Shown here in pieces: positions 7,111-14,496 of a stretch of 14,496 nt of DNA. The DNA is from Promethearchaeota archaeon (GTDB lineage Archaea; Asgardarchaeota; Lokiarchaeia; Sigyniarchaeales; SOKP01). The position numbers and the translations under genes are program-made. The DNA lies in contig JAHLWH010000121.1 of assembly GCA_019058015.1 (NCBI GenBank), positions 1 to 14,496 of the forward strand, written 5' to 3'. The notes beneath the pieces are model-generated. The model saw only the letters and a list, made by a program, of their open reading frames with translations. It made no database searches and was not told where the DNA came from. Position 1 is the first letter of the stretch. Each line of letters starts with the position of its first letter.

Positions 7111-7569
7111 ATGTCCTTAATGGGAGTAAAAGAAAAGATCAAGAATTTTTGGAAAAACTATAAGAAAAACACGATATGGGTTAGTATTGGACTTTGTATG
7201 GGCTTGATATACATGAAGTGGGTGTTATTTTATTTCGGAATTATAGACTTGATGCTGGCGATCTTTCTTACAGTTTTGTACCCACTACCAATATTTTTCG
7301 TATATTATGGTAGAAAATTAAAACACCAAAAGATCATTTTTAAAATATGGTTGGTAGGATTAGTCGGATTTGTTTTCGGTGGTATTTTATGGATTTTTCT
7401 CGGCTATGTACTTATTACTGCTCCTTGGGCCCCCTTACGAGTTTTGATTTTGGATGCAGTGTTAAGAGGTAGAATTCTACTCCTCCTCCTACCTACTTTA
7501 TGTGTAATTGCAGGATACATAATGTATAGAATAGGTAAAAAAAGAGAATGGAGACTTCCTTCGACTTAA
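7111..7569 (+). CDS. ~150-aa four-TM membrane protein, paralog 1
   Basis: KEKIKxFWK N-terminus, four hydrophobic segments, APWA loop, GYIMYRxGKKR C-terminus; about 70% identical to 8628-9089. The start could be 7120. Confidence 0.85.
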   Translation: MSLMGVKEKIKNFWKNYKKNTIWVSIGLCMGLIYMKWVLFYFGIIDLMLAIFLTVLYPLPIFFVYYGRKLKHQKIIFKIWLVGLVGFVFGGILWIFLGYVLITAPWAPLRVLILDAVLRGRILLLLLPTLCVIAGYIMYRIGKKREWRLPST

Positions 7570-7604
7570 TAATTTGAAAAATTAAAATATGTTCCTACTC
7601 GTAG

Positions 7605-8054
7605 GTGGTTGTATTGAAGATAAAAGAAAAGATTAAGAAATTTTGGAATGAATTTAAAAAGCGTTGGTTATGGATTAGCATTGGAAATTATATGGGTATA
7701 AATATAACATTGTGGTTATTATATTTTTACGGGTTTGCAATTTTAGGAATGACACTAACTTTTTCACTTGTAGCTCCCTTAATTCTACTAGGTATTTATT
7801 ATATTAGAAAATCTAAATATCAAGCAGATATCTATAAGTATGTTTGGATAATCGGTGGTGCGGCATCTATAGGGGGTTTAATTTGGTTTGGAATCGCTTA
7901 TATTCTTCAAGGTGCACCGTGGGCTTCTTTTCGTGATTATCCTCTTATTTTCAGAATTCCCTTTGATATTATAACAACTGTGCTGTGTTGGGCTTTGGGA
8001 GGGTATATAATGTATAGATTAGGAAAAAAGAGAGACTTCAGACCTTTCATATAG
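7605..8054 (+). CDS. ~150-aa four-TM membrane protein, paralog 2
   Basis: Same motifs (KEKIKKFW, WISIGNYMG, APWAS, GGYIMYRLGKKRDFRP); the most diverged copy; GTG start. Confidence 0.85.
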   Translation: MVVLKIKEKIKKFWNEFKKRWLWISIGNYMGINITLWLLYFYGFAILGMTLTFSLVAPLILLGIYYIRKSKYQADIYKYVWIIGGAASIGGLIWFGIAYILQGAPWASFRDYPLIFRIPFDIITTVLCWALGGYIMYRLGKKRDFRPFI

Positions 8055-8055
8055 A

Positions 8056-8127
8056 GCGTTAGGAGTTATTATCTGCGAAAGACTACGTACTGAATCATGT
8101 TGGGCGATTTGTTGTGAATATGAATAA
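8056..8127 (+). pseudogene. Remnant C-terminal tail of a second Cys-rich peptide
   Basis: Reads ALGVIICERLRTESCWAICCEYE*; CWAIC matches the terminal CWGIC of 6419-6631; followed by a spacer homologous to the one after that peptide. Confidence 0.6.
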
Positions 8128-8171
8128 TAAAAAATCTTTTAAAAAATCTTTCAAATAGGAGTTGATAAGGC

Positions 8172-8453
8172 TTGAAAAAAAGAGGATTAAGAATGTTTAT
8201 CGTTATACCATTAATCAATTCAATCTTTTTATTCTTTTTTATAATTTTACTTTCCTATTTTTTAAGGGGAACAGCCATAATAACCGATATTTTCAGTGCT
8301 TTTTGGAATGCATCTGTATCATTTATAGTATTGTGCTTATTTTTTAGAAGTAAGTGGTTCCAAGGTCAAGTAAAAAAATACAAAAAAATAAAATGTCCCA
8401 TAGATCTAAATGAAAAATATTTCCAGTTAGAGAATGAGACAAATGAAAATTAG
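8172..8453 (+). CDS. Small two-TM membrane protein, putative immunity protein
   Basis: AGGAG RBS, TTG start, MKKR...INS N-terminus like the 6114 gene, two hydrophobic helices, basic tail. Confidence 0.65.
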   Translation: MKKRGLRMFIVIPLINSIFLFFFIILLSYFLRGTAIITDIFSAFWNASVSFIVLCLFFRSKWFQGQVKKYKKIKCPIDLNEKYFQLENETNEN

Positions 8454-8470
8454 TACGAAAAAATATTATA

Positions 8471-8623
8471 ATGGATTACGAATCTAAATTGGATAAAGTA
8501 AAACATAAGAATTCTGAAATAATTGTTTATTGCAAGTCCGGGAAAAGGAGTCAGCAAGCAAGTGAAATTCTCGTCGAGTATGGCTTTACAAAAGTATATT
8601 TGTTACCCATGACATATTCGTAA
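8471..8623 (+). pseudogene. Internal fragment of a rhodanese-like domain
   Basis: Reads MDYESKLDKVKHKNSEIIVYCKSGKRSQQASEILVEYGFTKVYLLPMTYS*; EIIVYCKSGKRS...L...GFTKVY is the rhodanese active-site loop region; lacks the N-terminal DVR...GHI and C-terminal GG...W motifs. Confidence 0.85.
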
Positions 8624-8627
8624 ATAG

Positions 8628-9089
8628 ATGATTGTAATGAATGTAAAAGAAAAGATCAAGGGTTTTTGGAAAGCCTATAAAAAGAACTGGTTATGGATTA
8701 ATATTGGAAATTGTATGGGCTTAACGTTCATGAATTGGTTATTATTTTTTATTGGAGTTATAAATTTGGTGATACCAATCCTTTTAACAGTTTTTTACCC
8801 ATTTGCGATATTTTTAGCGTATTATGGTCGGATATCAAAACACCAAAAGATAATATCTAAAATTGTTTTGATAGGATGTGGCGGATATGGTTTCGGTATT
8901 ATTATGTGGATTTTTCTCGGCTATGTACTTATTGCTGCCCCTTGGGCACCCTTACGAGTTTTGGTTTTGGATGCAGTGTTAAGAGGTAGAATTCTACTCC
9001 TACTTATGGTGACTTGCTGTGTAATTGCAGGATACATAATGTATAGAGTAGGAAAAAAAAGAGAATGGCGACTTCCTTCGATTTATTAA
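8628..9089 (+). CDS. ~150-aa four-TM membrane protein, paralog 3
   Basis: Ungapped alignment to paralog 1 (about 107/152 identical); homology continues ~20 nt past the stop. Confidence 0.85.
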   Translation: MIVMNVKEKIKGFWKAYKKNWLWINIGNCMGLTFMNWLLFFIGVINLVIPILLTVFYPFAIFLAYYGRISKHQKIISKIVLIGCGGYGFGIIMWIFLGYVLIAAPWAPLRVLVLDAVLRGRILLLLMVTCCVIAGYIMYRVGKKREWRLPSIY

Positions 9090-9629
9090 TTTGAAAAATA
9101 AAAATATAATTTTTTTTTTGAAGTAAATTGAATATTTAGAAAGTTCATTATAATCTTTTAAACTTATAATTTTCTTAAGAATTCTTGTTAAATATGATTT
9201 TCTGAATAACTTGAAAAATGAGTAACTTACTTTCTCCTACTTTTACTTATTTAATTATTAATTTCCTTTCATATTTTTCATATTTTTCTTAAAATAAATC
9301 TATAATCTCGAAATATTGGGATTTAAATGCAGAGTTACAAAAATTACTAAAAAGAAGCGAAGAATAAAAAATGGAAAGAATGACTTCGAATAAATAATAT
9401 ATATTTAGATTTAAGATTATAAGAAGAGAAATTTAATAATTATTAGCATCAAACTCAAAATTTATTGATTGAAAACATTAAAATCTTGATTTAAAGTTTT
9501 ATAATATAGATAAAATTTAAATGCAGATATAGAATCTTATATATCTTAATTAATTTAGGTTATTTGATAAAAAAATAAGGAATATAATTCTGGATAGTCA
9601 GTTAAATATATTATAGATTAATTGATTTA

Positions 9630-9748
9630 TTTGAGTTTTTTCATTATTTTAAAAAAAAATATTCGATTTTATGAAAAGTAAAAAAATTTAATGTTAAATA
9701 TCTTTTTATTTCCAAGAATCTCACAATTGTGTTTTTTTAAATTAGCAT
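9630..9748 (+). repeat. Right direct repeat of island 2
   Basis: Copy of 5634-5752; carries an orphan ATG AAA AAA CTC AAA on the minus strand and the upstream region of the hydrolase gene. Confidence 0.93.
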
Positions 9749-9761
9749 AATTCTAAAAAAA

Positions 9762-10547
9762 GTGAAAATATTGTTTTTGGATGATCCTAGAATTTCTAAT
9801 GTTGTGTTTTATCCCCGCAAAATAGCGATTCCGAATAATTTAGATCCAAGCATTAAAGTGTTAAAATTTCAAATTGATAAAAATCTCCTAATTGGTGGAT
9901 TTTTTTTTCTAAATAATCCTAATCTCCCAACGATTTTATTATTCCATGGTAATGGTGAAATTGCACTTGATTATCAATATTTTGCACCACTATTTTTTCA
10001 ATGCGGGGTAAATTTAGCAGTCGTTGATTTTCGGGGTTATGGTTTTAGTACAGGTGATCCAATATATAGCAGTTTAATATCGGACGCAATTCCAATTTAC
10101 AATGAAATGAAAAAATGGATGGATGATAATAATTTAAAAGATTCGTTTTTTGTTTTGGGTCGATCGTTAGGAAGCGTTTGTGCCGCAGAAATCGGAGCTC
10201 ATAATCCAAAAGATTTACGTGGCATTATTTTTGAAAGTGGATTTGGGAGTATTTACAACATGATGACGAGATTATTTAGAGTAAGTGGTCCTAATATCAC
10301 CCCTGAAATATTAAAGCAATACTCAAATGATACTCGTATTGAAAAATTTAAAACACCAGTATTGATTATTCATGGAACAATGGATTGGATTATTCCTTGT
10401 GATGAGGCAAATGTAATATATAATGCCCTCCCTGATGAATTTGAAAAAAAATTAATTATGATTGAAGGGGCTGGACATAATGACATTTTTTCCTATAAGG
10501 AAGAATATTTTTTACCTTTGAAAGAATTCATTGAAACTTTCAAGTAA
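9762..10547 (+). CDS. Alpha/beta hydrolase (ABHD13/Bem46-like)
   Basis: LLFHGNGE, DFRGYGFSTG, nucleophile GRSLG, LIIHGTMD (Asp), GAGHND (His). Confidence 0.93.
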   Translation: MKILFLDDPRISNVVFYPRKIAIPNNLDPSIKVLKFQIDKNLLIGGFFFLNNPNLPTILLFHGNGEIALDYQYFAPLFFQCGVNLAVVDFRGYGFSTGDPIYSSLISDAIPIYNEMKKWMDDNNLKDSFFVLGRSLGSVCAAEIGAHNPKDLRGIIFESGFGSIYNMMTRLFRVSGPNITPEILKQYSNDTRIEKFKTPVLIIHGTMDWIIPCDEANVIYNALPDEFEKKLIMIEGAGHNDIFSYKEEYFLPLKEFIETFK

Positions 10548-10569
10548 AATTCTCAAAAAAACAAGAAGA

Positions 10570-11142
10570 TTAAATTTTCACTGTACTTATGATACTCAAG
10601 ATTATTTTAATTACAGATTCTGCCGCTGTTTGCACTACTTTTGATAATTGAAATTCAAAATAAGGCAGTTCTGGGTTTTCATCATAATTATCTAATGAAA
10701 ATAATCCTTCCTTATAAGGTATTAAAGGGTCAGAAAGGTCAATATTTTTTGGTACTATTCCAATCATAAAAATTTTTATATTTTTTAATTTTTCTTCTAA
10801 AATATTAATAAAAATGGGTATAGGAATAGTATGTGATGATATTGGAACATGATTTAGAATGTCCTCCTTTTCCAAGATTGCTACAGTCCCAGGGGGCTTG
10901 TTTAAGGTGCATGTATCAATTAAAACAATATGAGATGGGGAAAAATCTAGTATATCTTCTATTCTCTCCTCAGGAACAATTCTTGCATTTATATATTGTA
11001 TATTTGATTTGGGATTTTCACTTAATTGAGTAATAATAAACGGACCCACACCATCATCACGTAATTTATCTTCACCAATGCCTATAATAGAAATTTTTTT
11101 AGCATCCTTTAATTTTTCTAATATTTTTTCTTCCAAATCCAT
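10570..11142 (-). CDS. hycI: Hydrogenase maturation protease (HycI-like)
   Basis: IIGIGEDKLRDDGVG, VPE, HIVLIDTC, PPGTV, ISSHTIP, IGIVP motifs; ATG at 11142 (track start 11148 is TTG). Confidence 0.88.
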   Translation of the reverse strand: MDLEEKILEKLKDAKKISIIGIGEDKLRDDGVGPFIITQLSENPKSNIQYINARIVPEERIEDILDFSPSHIVLIDTCTLNKPPGTVAILEKEDILNHVPISSHTIPIPIFINILEEKLKNIKIFMIGIVPKNIDLSDPLIPYKEGLFSLDNYDENPELPYFEFQLSKVVQTAAESVIKIILSIISTVKI

Positions 11143-11247
11143 TTTCAATTTTTCCTATTATTTGAAAATTTTACTCTTAAAAGCAAAAATTTTACTATTT
11201 TCAATTTTTATTATAAATTAGATAATAATAGCCTTAAAATATAATTA

Positions 11248-11868
11248 ATGAATATAATGAATGAAAATAAAGACGGAGAACAATCCGAGGAAAAAGAACA
11301 AGAAAAACTTCTATTTAGAGCATTTTTAAGAGACGATAAAGCAATTATTGAAGATCAAGATGGAATTAATGAATTCTTTGATAACTCTTATCTTGGAAAT
11401 AAAGAGAAGGATGATGAGAAAGATATTTTAACATTGGAATCAATTGAAGTATTATTATTACATGAGCGAGAAAGGATATATATTGTAAAAGATGACTCTA
11501 CTGACGAAAATGATTTACTTTCCTTTGAGGATTTATTAATTTATTTCTCTAAGTGGAATAAAAATTTATGGCAAAAATATGTAGTCTATAATGATTTGAG
11601 AAAAAGAGGTTATTTTGTTAGAGGAGGTTATGGAGAAGGGTTTGAATTCAGAGTATATAAAAGAGGTGCTGATTTTACAACTGAACCTGCTAAATATTTA
11701 ATATATCCCATTTTCGAAGGAACCCCAATCAATTTAAATGAGTTAGATAAAATAACCCAGACTTCTATAAGCTCAAGAAAAGAATTAGTAATTGCAGCAG
11801 TGGACCGTCTAAGTAAACCTATTTATTATCTTGTTAAAAAAATTGCACTTGAGAAAATTGACATTTAG
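11248..11868 (+). CDS. endA: tRNA-splicing endonuclease subunit, probably structural
   Basis: LESIEVLLL, KYVVYNDLRKRGYFVRGG, FRVYKRG, SRKELVIAAVD, PIYY; no His at the catalytic position (EPAKY instead of HSxY). Confidence 0.85.
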   Translation: MNIMNENKDGEQSEEKEQEKLLFRAFLRDDKAIIEDQDGINEFFDNSYLGNKEKDDEKDILTLESIEVLLLHERERIYIVKDDSTDENDLLSFEDLLIYFSKWNKNLWQKYVVYNDLRKRGYFVRGGYGEGFEFRVYKRGADFTTEPAKYLIYPIFEGTPINLNELDKITQTSISSRKELVIAAVDRLSKPIYYLVKKIALEKIDI

Positions 11869-11928
11869 TTTAAATAAATTAAAAATGAAACTGTTTTAAT
11901 CGAATAAATAAAAAAAGGATGAGATTGA

Positions 11929-13563
11929 ATGGAGAAATTTATTGTGGATACATCAGTTATCCTGAATGGAAAAATATTAGAATTGATAGATGAAGAGGAA
12001 CTAGGTAATAAACCCATTATTTTAATATCAAGAATCGTTACCGCAGAAATTGAATTTCAAGCAAATGTAGGCAAAGTAATTGGTAAATATGGATTGGATG
12101 TATTAAAAAAGTTAAGGGAATATCATAATAAAGGGAAAATTAAACTAGAATTAGTAGGAAAACGTCCCACTATGGAACAAATAAAACTTAATTATGGGGG
12201 GGAATTAGATGCAGCCATTCGCCAAGATACGCATGATGCCACTTTAATTACGGGAGATAAAGTTCAATATGATATGGGTATTTTTGAGGGCTTAAATGTG
12301 ATCCTAATTAAAGAAGAAGTCAAAAAGAAGAAAAAAGGATTACCGCATTTAAAATTATTCGATTTTTTTGATGAAAATACAATGTCAGTTCATCTTAAAA
12401 GATATATTCCACCCTACGCGAAAAAAGGGACCCCAGGAAATTGGTATTTAAGCAAGATCAATGATGATTATATAACTACAAAACAAATCGAAGATATTAT
12501 TTATGAAATTCTCGAAGCTGTGAAAGAGGACCCTCGCTCATTTATTGAAATTGAGAAAAAAGGGGCTATTGTAGTAATTTTATATGAGTATAGAATCGTC
12601 ATAACTCGCCCACCGTTCTCAAATGAAGTAGAAATTACTATTGTACGCCCTCTTGTAAAAAAACAAATTAAAGATTATAATCTTACACCCTCATTAATAA
12701 AAAGACTTTCAAAAGCAGAGGGTATATTAATCTCGGGGCAACCTGGAGCTGGAAAAAGCACTTTCGCTGCAGCATTAGCAAATAATTACTTAAAACAAAA
12801 GAAAATTGTTAAAACGTTAGAAAGCGTTAGAGATTTACAAGTTAGCCCCGAAATAACCCAATATACAAAATTGGAAGGTAGTTTAGAGAATTCTGCAGAT
12901 ATACTTCTTTTAACAAGACCAGATTTTACGATTTTTGATGAAGTTAGAACAACTGATGATTTTAAAGTATTTTCAAATTTCAGGCTCAGTGGTGTAGGAA
13001 TGATTGGTGTAGTTCATGCTACTCATGCCATTGATGCTTTAATGCGCTTTATTTCTCACATTGAGCTAGGCATGATTTCGTCCATAATCGACACTATAAT
13101 ATTTATTGAAGGAGGGAAAGTTACGACTGTTTTATCATTAAAAATGACCGTAAAAGTTCCTACGGGTTTTAAAGATGCAGATTTAGCCAGACCAGTCATA
13201 AATGTCCGAGACTACATTTCCCAGACATTATTATATGAGATATATAGTTTTGGACAAGATATTGTTGTTATTCCGGTTTCAAGAGAATACAAAGAAAGTT
13301 ATAATAATTATAGAACAAAAAAAAAATCTAGAAAAAGGGAGCAAATTCAATTAGATTTAGAAATACAAGATGATAATCTCGTGGTTTCTACGAATCCGAT
13401 TTATGCTGGTAAGAACGTAGAGATATATTCTGGGTCGAGAGTAATTTTTACAGGGTGTTTTAGTAAGAGAGGGGATATAACTCTTTCTGTTGATAATAGA
13501 GATGCCCAATTATTATTAGAAAAACTCGATGATAATAAAAAGCTATATGCACGATTAAAATAG
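11929..13563 (+). CDS. PIN-domain/P-loop ATPase (PINA, archaeal PINc/VapC-family ATPase)
   Basis: PIN: IVDTSVIL, GELDAAIR, LITGD; ATPase: GQPGAGKSTFA, VKTLESVRDLQ, RPDFTIFDEVR, GVGMIGVVHA, VKVPTGFKDADLARPV. Confidence 0.93.
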   Translation: MEKFIVDTSVILNGKILELIDEEELGNKPIILISRIVTAEIEFQANVGKVIGKYGLDVLKKLREYHNKGKIKLELVGKRPTMEQIKLNYGGELDAAIRQDTHDATLITGDKVQYDMGIFEGLNVILIKEEVKKKKKGLPHLKLFDFFDENTMSVHLKRYIPPYAKKGTPGNWYLSKINDDYITTKQIEDIIYEILEAVKEDPRSFIEIEKKGAIVVILYEYRIVITRPPFSNEVEITIVRPLVKKQIKDYNLTPSLIKRLSKAEGILISGQPGAGKSTFAAALANNYLKQKKIVKTLESVRDLQVSPEITQYTKLEGSLENSADILLLTRPDFTIFDEVRTTDDFKVFSNFRLSGVGMIGVVHATHAIDALMRFISHIELGMISSIIDTIIFIEGGKVTTVLSLKMTVKVPTGFKDADLARPVINVRDYISQTLLYEIYSFGQDIVVIPVSREYKESYNNYRTKKKSRKREQIQLDLEIQDDNLVVSTNPIYAGKNVEIYSGSRVIFTGCFSKRGDITLSVDNRDAQLLLEKLDDNKKLYARLK

Positions 13564-13673
13564 GTCTTTATGGGCTATACAATTTATTTAAAAAAATAAA
13601 GAAGATAAAAGATTATATTATAATTACCATTTTTTACTCCTGCTAAATCTGTAATTCTTCATTTAAAATTTAA

Positions 13674-13942
13674 TCAATAACTTTCATAATTTTTATCAGA
13701 TACATCCTCACCATCATCCTCTCCTACATCTTTGATATCGCCATCAGATATATATTCATCTTCTTCTCCATCTTCAATATCTCCATCGGATACATCTTCA
13801 TTTTTAACATCCTCTTTTTCTTCATTTATCTCATCCAGTACGCCTTCAAATTCATTCTCTTCTTTTTGTTCTTTAATGCTGATTCTAGTTATTATAATCG
13901 CCCTTTTTGCGTTTTTATGATTATAATTACTTCCTTAGACAT
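13674..13942 (-). pseudogene. Small acidic protein interrupted by a single-base frameshift
   Basis: ATG 13942 gives MSKEVIIIIKTQKG; adding one base at the GGG (13901-13903) continues AIIITRISIKEQKEENEFEGVLDEINEEKEDVKNEDVSDGDIEDGEEDEYISDGDIKDVGEDDGEDVSDKNYESY* (89 aa). Confidence 0.6.
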
Positions 13943-14093
13943 TACCTAATTAAATTTTTTGAATTATGTGTAAAAATATTCTGAAAACCAAATCTTTTTT
14001 TCTTAATAAAAATCTTCCAATGAAAATGTATAAATATGGGAAAATGAAAATATTATACACTTTTAATAATAATTTTCTAAATTAGAGTTAAAG

Positions 14094-14496
14094 ATGGGTA
14101 AAATCATGAAAAAAAAAATGCTTTTAGGTTCATCATTAATACATTTATTCATAATTACAACACTTTTATTTATGATAAATACGTCTCTATTAATTTTTTG
14201 GTCATCAGCGAGTAATAATAACATAACTTCAACGAATTCTATAAAAATTTTGCCTAATTTATCTTGGGGAATTGCTTGGGGAGATGAGAGTAAACCCATA
14301 TGTACTTCAGACAATCATCAAGCTATTCCTCAAATTTGCAGTGATGGGGCAGGCGGTGCAATTATTGTGTGGGCAGATTCAAGAGGAGCGACTGATGATA
14401 TTTACGCTCAGCGAATTAATTCTAATGGAGATGTACAATGGACTTCCAATGGTAGGGCTATATGCGCGGAAAGCGATATTCAATATTCTCCTCAAA
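14094..14496 (+). CDS. Secreted/surface protein with beta-propeller-like repeats, partial (5' part)
   Basis: Open to the window end: basic N-terminus and hydrophobic signal/TM (MKKKMLLGSSLIHLFIITTLLFMINTSLLIFW), then ICTSDNHQAIPQICSDGAGGAIIVWADSRGATDDIYAQRINSNGDVQWTSNGRAICAESDIQYSPQ, which starts a second repeat. The start could be 14106. Confidence 0.85.
   Translation, partial: MGKIMKKKMLLGSSLIHLFIITTLLFMINTSLLIFWSSASNNNITSTNSIKILPNLSWGIAWGDESKPICTSDNHQAIPQICSDGAGGAIIVWADSRGATDDIYAQRINSNGDVQWTSNGRAICAESDIQYSPQ

Larger units (their letters stand above)
5753..9629. mobile_element. Integrase-less accessory island of small membrane proteins and Cys-rich peptide fragments
   Basis: Bounded by ~119-bp direct repeats; all genes on + strand; contains paralogs, gene fragments and internal repeats; no recombinase in the window. 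Confidence 0.7.

Noticed and set aside
8162-8347. 61-aa alternative-frame ORF
   Set aside because: Overlaps 8172-8453, which has a better-placed RBS and a spacer homologous to that before 6661.
1236-9089. Diversity-generating retroelement TR/VR pairs (duplicated gene end; paralogs 1 and 3)
   Set aside because: Mismatches are not confined to adenines of one copy (e.g. TCT/TCC, CGC/GGA, TGG/GTT) and there is no reverse transcriptase in the window.
9113-9629. Long AT-rich spacer with a 12-bp repeat TTTAAATGCAGA (~9323 and ~9516) and short frames
   Set aside because: No recognisable gene, RNA or periodic structure; matches are plausible by chance at this AT content.
10833-11033. 66-aa plus-strand ORF
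   Set aside because: Antisense to the hydrogenase maturation protease.
13732-13920. 62-aa Ser-rich plus-strand ORF
   Set aside because: Mirror of the Asp/Glu codons of the minus-strand acidic frame.
14063-14314. 83-aa minus-strand ORF
   Set aside because: Antisense to the partial secreted repeat protein on the plus strand.

Overview
AT-rich archaeal window. EndA-type splicing endonuclease, PINA ATPase, HycI-type protease, low GC and a CSDGAGGAII-type repeat surface protein suggest Asgard archaea (Lokiarchaeia); this is inference. The backbone encodes two 2-hydroxyacyl-CoA dehydratase subunits, a PlsY-like/CTP-dependent lipid kinase fusion, a Zn-finger/coiled-coil protein, an alpha/beta hydrolase, a hydrogenase maturation protease, a tRNA-splicing endonuclease subunit, PINA, a frameshifted acidic ORF and a partial secreted repeat protein. 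Two integrase-less insertions interrupt it, each bracketed by a diverged duplicate of the flanking host sequence. (1) A free-standing GIY-YIG endonuclease with HTH-like repeats sits between two alternative 43-codon 3' ends of the dehydratase gene. (2) A ~3.9 kb island between ~119-bp direct repeats looks like an orphan toxin/immunity array. It holds a 9-Cys halocin-C8-like peptide, a second hidden Cys-rich tail, a rhodanese fragment, three small membrane proteins (one frameshifted), three paralogous ~150-aa membrane proteins with a strong excess of amino-acid changes, and short junction repeats. All counts and identities are manual.
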